Positions 54,631 to 64,000 of a stretch of 64,000 nucleotides of DNA are shown here, piece by piece. The position numbers were made by a program, and so were the translations under genes. The DNA is from Paraspadella gotoi (taxonomy: Eukaryota > Animalia > Chaetognatha), in contig CM119268.1 of NCBI GenBank assembly GCA_051294375.1, positions 11,133,710 through 11,197,709 on the forward strand. The letters are read 5' to 3'. The notes under the pieces were generated by a model. The model saw only the letters and a list, made by a program, of their open reading frames with translations, was not told the origin of the DNA and made no database searches. Each line of letters starts with the position of its first letter. The first letter of the stretch is position 1.

Positions 54631-57600
54631 AGAGAGACGAGAGCAGAAAGAGAGAGAGCGAGTGAATTTTAAATAAGATTAATAAAACTTAAAACAATTA
54701 ACATAATTGATCGTCGCTCACCTTGAGAGTCCACCTCATCGTCCGCTCGACGTCGCAGAGCCAGGCTTCCACGGGACCGTCGAGCAGCACCGGATGAGTG
54801 AACTCCACGTGCTCGCCATCGGCCGACGTCATGCCGTACGCTTCGAACTGATGGAAAAGGAAGATAACAGAATAATAAATAAATTAAATCAATCGATGAG
54901 TAGATAAATCAATCAATTAATCCGAAAAGAATTAGGTAAAAAAGACGATCTTTCGATCAACCAATCAGTCAATCAAAAATATTAAATCAAGAAACTAATC
55001 AGGAAAAAAAAAGTAAATAAATAGTTCAGTATTTTTTTTTTCAGTAGACGGAAAGCTAACGATCACCAACGAGAAAGGACTAATGATTGTGGCGCCACCT
55101 TTTGCGTGATTCCCATTTTTCCCATCTTAAGGGACTTGATGTTGTCGAAGCACTTCTTGAGGTGCGGCTGAACGGCTTCGGGATTTTTGGATTGGCCCAA
55201 GATCTCAAGGAGGTCGTCGTTGGAGATAAAGTAGAATCGCGGGAAGATTTGCCGTTTCGTCTCCAAGTACATGTCTGGCAGGGATTCGATGAAGTAAATA
55301 AATTTTTAAGACATTTAAAAAAACTGGGTTACAACCCATTTTTTAACTAAAGAGTAACTGAACCTTATATATACTACTTCCAATAATAGTTTCGGTAATA
55401 GTTTAGGCGGCTAGATCTCGATGTGCATTCTTATCGCACCATTATTCAGACATCTTTATAAGAAATCTCATCATTTCTTAGAAATCTAAATCACTCTTTA
55501 AGACCTAAAGACTTTTGGATCTCCTCCAGCTTCAAATTCATATCGTTGAGGGTGTCGAGGATGCCCTCGTGATGCGTCCCCCTGAGGGCGTTGGCGTCTT
55601 TGTTCATTCTCGACATGATGTGCTTCCACTTGACGTTGACGTCGTCAAACTCCGACGACTCCTTCGGCAGTTGCTTCCGGATGTCCTCGCCGAGGAAGAT
55701 GTTCTTGGGAGAAGGAAGGAACAAGATAAGGAGGTTAAATACCAATACTAAATCAATTAAATCTATTTAAATAAAGTCAATCAATCGCTGGCCTCTACCT
55801 CTAAATACATCCACTGCCGCTGTACAGTCTGTATCATTTCTATGACCTCGAGGATGTGACTCAAGGTTCTCTCCCAGTAGTCGACGTCCGACTCGAAGGC
55901 CTTAACGAACCGAGAGGCCTTCATCGTCGACAATTGAACCTGGTTGTCCTCCAGGAGTTGGAACACCTCGTCCGTCGTTCTGAAGGAGTTGTAAACAAGA
56001 CATAAACCCTGGGTCGCTGTAGTGAAAAACCTCTTTGGTAGTTTAATCTAAGTGTCCTTTCTGTAGTAAAAACCTCTTACTTTAATCTATAATGTCCTTT
56101 GTCTTTGTACGGTCCGATGTCTAATTGAGTTTGCTCCCACGTCATTCTGATATTGTCCAATGCCTGAGTGGAAGAGGGATGCAGGACAATGGTTGTTAAA
56201 GACCCTGGCTTAAGGTACGTGTCATCAAAAAATTAAACAACTGCGTCGTGAACAAAGTCAAAAATCCACGCACACCACGGGAAATGACCGTAGGGACTTT
56301 CGATAAAGGTAGTAGAGAAACTAATCAGTCGACGAAGCCCATCGATTAGCCGACCCGGAACAACGACCATTTCCAATTCCCCGTCGACACTCCGCGGAAG
56401 GAAGGAACGAACCTGCTCTATGGAGAGCTCCTTCGTGGCCGCGCCCGACACTTCGTTGATCTGCTCGGCGAACTGATCCAACCCGAGTTCGATGATTTTC
56501 TCCAGGGTGAAGTCGTCCGATTTGTGGTCGAACGGACGTTGGGACTCAGACTGTGGTTGTTGTGGTTGTGGTTCGAAGAGGGGGTTAAGGATGGAGTGGG
56601 TAACGCGAGGTGGGGGTCAGAGAAGAAAGTAAATAGTGAAACTGATTGAGGCATTTTGAACTAACAATATATAAACGAATTAAGATTTTTAGTCAAGTTA
56701 ATAAGTTTTCCTTTTTTTTTTAGGTGAGAGCATTAATTTGCTATTTCATTTTCTCTTTAAATGGGTTTCGCTTCATAGGGTTCTGAAAAACTTTCAGCTT
56801 TTGCAGTTTCAATCTTTACGTTTTCTAAACATATAAACAATTGAAATAAATGTTTGCGATGTAAGTTTTGACAAAGGAACTGGAAAGACGAAAAGAAAAA
56901 CACAGAACTAAAAACTAATTCTGACAAAACACAAACGATGAAGGTGACAGACAACATCAATTTATACAGCAATGCAATACGAACAATAACGATTCTGTAG
57001 AGATTGAAAAGTTGAGATTTCTTACTGTGGTTCCTGTTGTAGCAGCTTCTCTGCTGCTGACAGTATGCTCTAGAATAACCAGGAGAAAGCATTTGTCAGT
57101 ATGGATAAAATTGTTAATTTTTAATACCTAAAATACACAAATATATTTTCAAAATATTTTCGGTTGCTATGTTCATTATTTTTAAAATATTTATTAGTTT
57201 TAAACTGTTTCTCGAAGTTGTCTCTTAGTATTTGAAATTTTTATTAAGATATTTTTTTAAATTTCTTCTTTAATATCAAATGAATTTTCACATATGACAA
57301 AAAAAAGCATGTTATGCATTTTTTTCCTATATTTTTTTTTGAAATACCTCAAACCAACCCAGTACGGCATGCACAATTTTACTGATCAACTCTAAACTCA
57401 GCACTGTGCACACTCTTCTTGTTACAGCTGCAGGTACAGCGGAAAAAACTGGCTGGAACAAAGTCACTATAGCTAGTGCGCTACTTGTGGAAATTTAACT
57501 ATTTAAAAAAAACCCTATATTCTCATTTAAAAAGTTGTGCTATGCGTGAATCACTATTTTTTTTGGTTGAAAACCGCCGATCAAGTAAGAGTGATGGAAG

Positions 57601-60600
57601 AAGAAATTTCTATGAACTCTTTTTTTTTAAACTTGAATGTTAATTCGTTAAAAACCCGCATGCTGTTTTATGGGTTTAAGTGTTTAAATTACCGGAGTTT
57701 GTGTTATGTATATTTCCTGATTTAAATACAAAACGCAAAGATGAAAGGTAAATAGTTTCATACATACATCTACAATTTAAACAGTCATTAATTGAATCAA
57801 TTAATCATATCATGATCTAACCAATATTCTATTTTTACCTGAATTTTGTCCAGTGGCGAGGTCTCATGCGGGATTTTTCAAATCCTGAATCAACGGCATC
57901 GTGCGCCGGAATTGATCCACCCGGTTCTTTGATGTATCCACAATCCCAGTTTTTGTCCTAAAAATACAATTTGTTTTTAGGACCCTTTTTTTTTTTATTA
58001 AAAGGTACGGTATATTTAATTAATTGTTTGATGATCTACATGGTACAGGATGAGAAAACGCTGACAGGTAATACGTGAGAAGAAAACGCTGTGTAGGACG
58101 CTTACAAATATGCTGTTATCAATATCATACGAGCTTAATGTCCAACTCAAAAACTGACATCAATTTCTCTCAAAATACTAAAATCTGGACGAAAATCGTA
58201 TAATAATTACTACAAACACCCCCTTTCAATCTATTTTTGCATCTTTTTTATAATGACAAAAAAAGCTTAAAATAAAAATTAATGGCTAATAGAAACGCTG
58301 CCAAATGAAGAGTATTCAACAATGAAGTGATTGTAAATAAATGCATAAAAACCCCAAACGAAGAACGCGAAAATTCCATAATCAAATAAAAATATAATAG
58401 CAACAAAAAATTAGAGACTTACAACTTCCAACTTTGTACCGTATATGATAAAAAAATTAAGAAGTAAAATTTTTTTTTTATTTCATTTTTATACTGCCAT
58501 GGATACTGATAAAACCAACCTGGTGCATTTTTGTATTTTATAAACTAAAATAATATATAAAAATACGCGCGAAAATCTACAATAAAGAAAATTGTTGAGT
58601 CGCATTCTCCAGTTAGCTATTCAAAAAAGATTATCTTTATAGTTGTAGCATTGACCAAGCTTACCCGCAGTTCCCGATTAAGTTTGTTAAGTTTCCGGAA
58701 AATATTGTTAGAGGTTTCTTCCATGTCCTTTGTTTCCAGGTCAACAAATCTGAAGAGTGGTAACTTATTAGAAAAACATCTCACTAAAACGAAATAAACT
58801 TTTATGATCCTTACCTGCCACTCTTCCATTCCACCCATAGATTTTCCCACTCTTGGGTGAGTTCCCAAACCAAACCAATTTGCTCGAGGTCCTGTAACAT
58901 GTATGAAAATAAAAAAGTTAAAAGTTTTCAAAAAAGGAAAATCTACAAAATCCAAATAACCAACTGACCTTTTCGAGGCTAACAACGTCTCTGGACGGTG
59001 GATGTTCTATTTTGAAGATTAACAACCTGTAAAGAAAATATCATTTTCTTTCATTTTTCAAAAGCTCGTATAAGTATAACTTGTCTCTTTTTAACGCCTA
59101 ATAATACAACATTTTTACGAATAATATTACGAAATTACTCGCCACAATTTAACTCAACGACTTAGTACGAATGTTAAAACTATCAGAAGTTGTAACTATT
59201 GTAGTTAGTGCTTGTACCCTTTGTGAATGGTGGCTTCTTGTTCTTTGAGCGCATCTAGCGCTTCGTGGATTCCTTTGATGTTGTCCAAAGCGTCTTTGCA
59301 TTCGACTGAGCTCGAAAACGGACCTTTAATAATTTTATAAATTTTTTAGTCCTGGTGTATATCAACAAACACTGTCATTAATATATGCATATCGACATGT
59401 AGATATAAATCAATATTTAAAAACCTTCATTCTGAAACTTTTCGTTCAAATTGACGACTTGTTTCTTAAAATCTTCGGCTTGGTGCAAAAGTTGGGACTT
59501 GAATCGATCCTTAACCATGAGAAGTAATCAAAATATTTTTTTTTACATTTTATATATAGCGATTGAATTTTAAATGGTACTAAATCCCATTAAACACGAA
59601 CCTTCGATCTTTTTATCATCTCCTCCGAGTCTATCAGCGTTTGTTGAAAGTTGACCCATTGATTACCCAAATCGTCCAGCAGATGTCGCGTCTCGTCGGG
59701 AATGGCCACCTCGTTACTGTAAACAAACGAACAAAACAATACAGCGGTGACGAAAAGTACTAACGAAAGAAAATCGTTTGAAGATATCAGAATATGGCGA
59801 AATAATATTTTTCACGTTCAAAAGTTTCACCATAAAGCATAATGTCACCCCAACATATCGATTTCCCCCGCCCCCAAAAAGTCAAGAACAAAGAACCTTT
59901 AATCGAAATCAATTAGCGACTCTTTTTCCAAGAAAAATAAAAAAAACAATCGGCCAGCGGCCAGCGGACTGCGGCGGCGGCGGCGGGCGGCGGCGGCGGC
60001 CGGCTGACAGGCGTGTTCGTGGAGAAACTTAATCCCGATTTTTCTTCTTCGACTCAGAATCTCGTTAGCTCGAATTTCAGATTTGGGTCATCGCCTTTTT
60101 TAGCCCGACTCCTGTTACTTTCGATCACAAATATTTTCGTTATTTTCCCTCTTTAAATTTTTCCTTTTTCGCTTTTTCGATTTTTAACTCTGATGACGAA
60201 GAACTTTTTACTTTTCGTTTTCAAACAACAAAGACTCCCAAAACAAGAACGTAGTACGTACATTGTTTAATTTCCATCTCCATTGTCCAAAAGTTGGATT
60301 GCAAGTTAGTATTTCTGCCTCTTATACCTAAAACCCATTACAATCTAATATTAATTTCAAAATTTCCGTCAATTACAAACGTAAGCAAATAAAGCTGCAT
60401 TGCTCTCTTGGATCTAGAGTAATGAATCTCTAACCTCAACTGGGTTAAAATCTCGAACCCGAACTTTTGAATTCCAAGGTAGTTAAACACCTATTAGAGA
60501 TTTTTTCCCAATCGGGGTCTCTGGAAAGTTGGGGAAAAAGCACAAGGAAATTAATGTCTTAATGTCATTACACGAACTTATGAGATTAGGAAAGAGATAT

Positions 60601-62319
60601 ATTATAAAGACATAAAGTAAAGGACGCCGTAAAAGACCTCGTAAACTAAGATCACTAAAAGTGATTGGTTACAACTTTCGGATCTATTGAATGAATTCAA
60701 ACGCGAACGATCAACAGTGAATCGTTTAAACTCCCGAACGAAGCTCAATTACGCCAAGAGTCAGTATCAAACTCTACGAAGCGAGGTTTGTAAAACGAAA
60801 GTTGCCTCGTTTAAACTGGAAGGTGTGGTTGAGCTCACGACATCCTTTCTTTTTTTTCTTTTTCTCTCGCTTTCATTTTTACCTCCCCTTTTTGTCAAAT
60901 TTCCAAAAGAACAAACTTTGTTCGCTGCCCATTTATAAAATTATTTCAAACATCACGTGACTTACTCCACCCCCCCCCCATGTTCATTTACTTTTAATCG
61001 GATCATCTACAGAAATTTAACGAATGGACGCAGGCGCGAGTTTTCTTAACCAAATTTTGATTTGCAACAACTTGAATCTTCGAATATTCAACGAGAAAAA
61101 AATCTTTCATCTTCGTGTTTTTATGTTCAAAGTTTCAAATCGAGCAGAGCCAAAGGTTGCTATATTTGGTGAATTTTTTTGGCTCTCAAAATTGTTTAAA
61201 TTTTTGTTTTTTTTCTCAAAAAAACCCTGGGCCTAGTTGCAGGGTGTTATGAGTGGGCGGATTATATATATATATGAAAATTTTCAAATTACTTGTTTCA
61301 CTATTTTTTATTTTTTATTTTTATATTTTATGAAAGATTTACCATTTAATCTATATTCTTTAAATATATATATATTGCTTTCTTAAAAATTTTTTACTTA
61401 TCATTATATTCTTAATAACTCATTTTGGGAATGGGAGTCAGTGTTGTCTTCTGGAAATAGAGGGAGCATCTACACAACACAAAGGTTAGATTACAATCTG
61501 TCCTAGTTTCTAATAGATTTTTATATATATTTTTTATATATATTTTTATATATATTTTATATATATTTTATATATATTATTTACTTATATATATATTTTT
61601 TGGTAGTGGATAAATCTTTTATTCTGATAACATTATATTATTTATTAGTTAATGAAATTGTGGACCCCAAAATGAAGCCGAAGGAACCGGGACCGATCCC
61701 CTATTCGCGCGCCGACTCTGGCACAGCGACAGGCGCGCCGCAGAGTTCGCGGCGATACGCTTCAAACGAGTCCCTCGACTCGTTCGTTGCTGCGGCGCGT
61801 TTTAGACGAAATGCGTTCAGAAACAGCACCGACGACAGAAACCACAACAACAACAGAAAACGCCCAAGAAACAATCATTTCGTTTCGCCGAATCGGCTTT
61901 CTTCTAAAAACCATCGCTCGCCTTATCTGCGCTCGGATGGCGCCTTTAACGACAACGAAGATCGCGTTTATCAATCGGAAAGACGAAACTCAAATCAGAA
62001 TCACGATCGAAGCCAATCGGACAACGCCCACTTTAACGCCGCCTACGGTTCCACGACGTCGCTCATCGAATCTGGTGACTCTTCGCGAGCGCTTGCTCTT
62101 GCCAACTGCGCCCATGACGCCGCCCCGCGACCGAGGAAAGACGCGCGCGCCGTGATCGAGGCGCGACGTCGACCGAGAGACGATGGGCCCGACGTCGTGG
62201 AGGAAAGGATTGCGGATTATTCCTTTCCACAAAGAGGTTAGAAAGAAAGAAAGAGAGAGAGATAGAGAGAGCTAGAGAGAGCTAGAGAGAGATAGAGAGA
62301 GAAAGAGAGAGAATGAGAA

Positions 62320-62351
<32 letters not shown>

Positions 62352-63643
62352 TGTGTGTGTAACTAAGAAACACCAATTTACGTCTCGTTAAAATGTTTCT
62401 CATCGAAAAATTGTCGTGTGTTAAAAAAATTCTAAGAGTGCTGCCAATTGCCAAATATTAATTATTATCTCTACTTTTCACAGTCCCACACAGCTGAGTT
62501 TTCCGACGAACACCTTTTCTTTTCAAGCTTTTTTTAGTTTCCAAAATTTTTTTAAAAATTATTTACATAGTGGTAGTAACCTTTCTTTTTCGTTGTTATA
62601 TGTATTTGGGCAAAATGATTTTTGTTTCACAACGAATTTTATTTTATCATATAAACGTACATGTTTCGGCTTTGGATGCAAGCCTTCGTCAGCGTCAATG
62701 ATTTGTTAATTATTAAATTTCCGCAGTTGAAGAAACTCAGCTTATCCGACGGATAGAAGACGCCAACGTGTGCGACACGATCAGACAGGCGTCCTACGTC
62801 GTCCAAACCCGTAATAGGGTCAAAGGTCAGTCTCCTCTTTTTTTTTAGTTTTGATCCGGAGCTTTTTTGATCATTGCGCCTCACCCTGCCTTCCCCCCAC
62901 CCAAAAAAAAAAAACAACCCCAACCGTTCCAGGCGTGCGACGTCGACGAGGCGAGATTCGAGGGTTACATGCGCAACCGACACTCGAACAGCGCCGACGA
63001 TTTCGACGGCCTGCAAATGCGCACAGGAAAGGATGCCAGGTAGATTCTATGACCCAGCGCCCCGGTTCCCATCCCCTTTACATACTTTCTCAATCCCTCC
63101 ACCCCGCCCCCCCCCCGGCGTTATTCTGACAGATCTGGATCCGGCTCTGGCGGCTTGCGGCTGCTCCGCTGCGCCAGATGTCCGTCCCGCGTTCAGGATG
63201 AAGAAACCCGAACCAGAGTTCGCTGTAGTCCGTCAGCCGGATGCGGAGCGCTAGCGGTTGAGCTTCAGATTCAAACGCTCTCCCTTTCCATGTTTTTGGC
63301 GTTTGTTTTTTTTTTTTTTTTTTTTTTTTTTGTTTAATTTTTTTCATTTAGTTTAGTTATGTTTTGTTTAATATTTTATGGAAACTTTCGCTGTGGGCGC
63401 ATGTGTTGACGACAGTACGGATGGACGTTAACTGGATATACATAGGCATGATTAATGCAAAATTAAAAACCTTTCTCAAGTTGACTGACGAAACTCCGTT
63501 TTTTTCTCACCTTGTCGAGAATGGCGAACTGTTCGTGGAGGGGCGTGAACTTGGCCTCCACTTCCTCCAAGGAGTTGTTCAACTTTTCGTGGAGATCGAT
63601 GCGATCCTGCAGGTCATCCAGAGTTTGAGGCGTCTGGGCCACG
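8341..63643 (-). CDS. DNAH2: Axonemal dynein heavy chain 2-like gene (inner arm I1/f beta), partial and multi-exon; best composite model = copy A exons 8341-27659 plus copy C exons 54391-59717 plus 63511-63643
   Basis: Spliced exons give [57 protein letters not shown] (AAA1; the [24 protein letters not shown] form is what I recall for the DNAH2 clade), GQTLSGKS (AAA2), GPVGTGKT (AAA3), GIGGSGRQS (AAA4), stalk/MTBD and AAA5. Splice sites are in phase across most junctions. Confidence 0.9.
11674..13967 (-). CDS. DNAH2: Dynein HC exons: coiled-coil stalk and microtubule-binding domain
   Basis: Exons ~11674-11813, 11943-12095, 12195-12255, 12334-12419, 12548-12691, 12823-13037, 13393-13519, 13590-13679, 13831-13967. 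Peptides include [72 protein letters not shown]. Confidence 0.92.
14531..16591 (-). CDS. DNAH2: Dynein HC exons: AAA4
   Basis: Exons ~14531-14658 (contains a frameshift; ...[18 protein letters not shown]), 15553-15718 ([18 protein letters not shown]), 15958-16136 ([17 protein letters not shown]), 16441-16591 (MDLVLFK). Confidence 0.9.
14708..14893 (+). repeat. Two-copy tandem repeat, 98-bp period
   Basis: aataaacc(g/t)ggttataccgaggagagaaggaggag...gaactcgagtcgagtgggaa occurs at 14708 and 14806. Confidence 0.85.
15077..15133 (-). ncRNA. Minimal type I hammerhead ribozyme (Penelope-like, second sequence family)
   Basis: Reverse complement ttttaatg-CTGATGA-a-gactc[gaattcaaa]gagtc-GAAA-catGTC-cgtctattaaaa; stem I is short and bulged. 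Confidence 0.75.
16378..16422. repeat. Short dispersed repeat, also at ~25206-25248
   Basis: ttcaggagccgc(t/a)gcaaggggg(t/c)ttctttgaaaaaaa(aa)gtgccc is present in two different introns with the same right boundary. Confidence 0.7.
16946..19012 (-). CDS. DNAH2: Dynein HC exons: AAA3 and lid
   Basis: Exons ~16946-17076, 17312-17380, 17531-17719, 17804-17945, 18015-18143 (1-nt deletion near 18060 in FGSQPPLEL), 18470-18527, 18609-18710, 18904-19012. Peptides include [62 protein letters not shown]. Confidence 0.92.
19363..24429 (-). CDS. DNAH2: Dynein HC exons: AAA2
   Basis: Exons ~19363-19501, 20138-20234, 21413-21524, 22305-22492, 22782-22954, 23205-23286, 24013-24162, 24361-24429. Peptides include [69 protein letters not shown]. 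Confidence 0.92.
21652..22058. mobile_element. AT-rich MITE with long TIRs; related element likely at ~19702-20028
   Basis: tagtaatatccttataaaat (21680) is the exact reverse complement of 22011-22030. Outer arms are aacagtatagcaaa/tttactattctgtt. The inner gatttggatt/aatctgaatc motif is shared with the 19.7-20.0 kb element. Confidence 0.65.
24651..27659 (-). CDS. DNAH2: Dynein HC exons: AAA1 (hydrolytic site) and end of linker
   Basis: Exons ~24651-24776, 25388-25480, 25870-26190, 26268-26362, 26941-27203, 27345-27517, 27597-27659. Walker A GPAGTGKT, Walker [44 protein letters not shown]. Confidence 0.95.
28184..28380 (-). mobile_element. Same tRNA-containing element in a dynein intron (artefact copies at 35681-35881 + and 54169-54365 -)
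   Basis: About 190 nt highly similar to 3479-3668; AACCGTTCA...TGAACGGTT subterminal inverted repeat plus a terminal hairpin. Confidence 0.75.
28406..33453 (-). CDS. DNAH2: Dynein HC linker/tail exons, copy A (28406-28534 clean; 28738-29800 heavily garbled; remainder with indels)
   Basis: Colinear with the cleaner copy at 54391-59235 but with many 1-nt indels; ends at the 25-N gap. Confidence 0.75.
33454..33478. other. 25-N assembly gap at the A/B inversion junction (other gaps: 394-493, 100 N; 14183-14192, 10 N)
   Basis: N runs are visible in the sequence. Confidence 0.95.
33479..44512 (+). other. Inverted duplicate (copy B) of dynein gene segment 20611-30722; probable assembly artefact
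   Basis: Reverse complement of copy A including introns (for example the AAA1 exon at ~36877-37138 +), with scattered indels; ends at an adapter-like sequence. Confidence 0.9.
44513..44540 (+). other. PacBio SMRTbell hairpin adapter remnant
   Basis: atcttctctcgaacaacaacaacggagg matches ATCTCTCTCAACAACAACAACGGAGG(AGGAGGAAAAGAGAGAGAT) apart from small indels/mismatches. It lies exactly at the symmetry axis and is followed by A-rich noise to ~44705. Confidence 0.88.
44706..54390 (-). other. Direct-orientation duplicate (copy C, low-accuracy part) of dynein segment 20611-28405; probable assembly artefact
   Basis: Colinear with copy A with frequent 1-nt insertions that frameshift the exons (for example 46826-47101, 50148-50499, 52871-53257). 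Confidence 0.88.
54391..59717 (-). CDS. DNAH2: Dynein HC exons: linker / DHC_N2 region (best copy)
   Basis: Exons ~54391-54519, 54722-54847, 55099-55274 ([25 protein letters not shown]), 55505-55703, 55799-55979 (VQRQWMYLE), 56081-56163, 56413-56550, 57839-57957, then ~58665-59047, 59217-59323, ~59425-59510, ~59601-59717 with some indels. Confidence 0.88.
61672..63201 (+). CDS. Putative nested antisense gene, 4 exons (61672-62236, 62727-62825, 62933-63039, 63133-63201), ~279 aa Arg/Asn/Asp-rich unknown protein
   Basis: GC-rich islands with + strand GT/AG boundaries splice into one open 840-nt frame from ATG to TGA. They lie within the dynein intron 59718-63510. Confidence 0.55.
62570..62705 (-). 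mobile_element. Penelope-like pLTR remnant; same family at 7090-7230 (+) and degenerate at ~6210-6310 (-)
   Basis: The hammerhead is followed by a shared ~80-nt tail (aaattcgttgtgaaacaaaaatcattttgcccaaatacat...gaaaaagaaaggttactac). Confidence 0.6.
62648..62700 (-). ncRNA. Minimal type I hammerhead ribozyme (Penelope-like element type)
   Basis: Reverse complement cattgacg-CTGACGA-a-ggctt[gcatcca]aagcc-GAAA-catGTA-cgtttatatg. Confidence 0.82.
63511..63643 (-). CDS. DNAH2: Dynein HC tail exon
   Basis: AG/GT-bounded exon reading [44 protein letters not shown]. It joins YEVAIPDE at 59717 if one extra A there is an error. Confidence 0.8.
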
Positions 63644-64000
63644 CTGGAAAAAAGGCCAAAAAAAGTGAGAAAAACATTTTTAAACCCTCGTTTTATTTCT
63701 GCTAAAATTATATTATATTACTTATACAATATACATAATATCTACTTGAATATCCGAATACTTCGTTACGTAGCTAAAAATTAATTAAAAGAAAATAACA
63801 TGAAATTTGAACCAATAATATGTATTAAATAACAAATATGCAAGCGTTATAAACATTAAGAATAATTATATGTATTTACAACTCAAACTAATAACTGTGA
63901 TCAACATTACACAGAAGAAAAAATATTGACCAAATGACAAAAAAAGAGAAGAATATTATTTAAGAGATTAGTCAACTTCTTCCACCGTCGGTCCATTGAA

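Noticed and set aside
1-64000. Prokaryotic systems (CRISPR arrays, operons, defence islands)
   Set aside because: The sequence is intron-containing eukaryotic DNA with no repeat-spacer arrays or long intronless ORFs.

Overview
AT-rich eukaryotic (animal-like) genomic DNA with short GC-rich exons, (GA)n microsatellites and three N-gaps (394-493, 14183-14192, 33454-33478). Most of the window is a multi-exon minus-strand axonemal dynein heavy chain gene, DNAH2-like (inner-arm I1/f beta). It runs from the tail/linker (63643) through AAA1-AAA4, stalk/MTBD and AAA5 to the start of the AAA6 region (8341); both termini lie outside the recognisable part. About 10-13 kb of the gene occurs three times in -/+/- orientation (A 20611-33453, B 33479-44512, C 44706-59235). 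A recognisable PacBio SMRTbell adapter sits at the B/C fold (44513-44540), so this looks like a long-read assembly artefact rather than a real triplication. A second indel-rich fold-back occupies ~4230-8270. The biologically interesting signals are: Penelope-type minimal hammerhead ribozymes (7096-7143 +, 15077-15133 -, 62648-62700 -); a putative 4-exon antisense gene nested in a dynein intron (61672-63201); a structured tRNA-containing mobile element; two GC-AG introns; several MITE-like elements; and a candidate small membrane-protein ORF. I see no convincing wholly new biological system. All coordinates were read by eye and no database searches were run.
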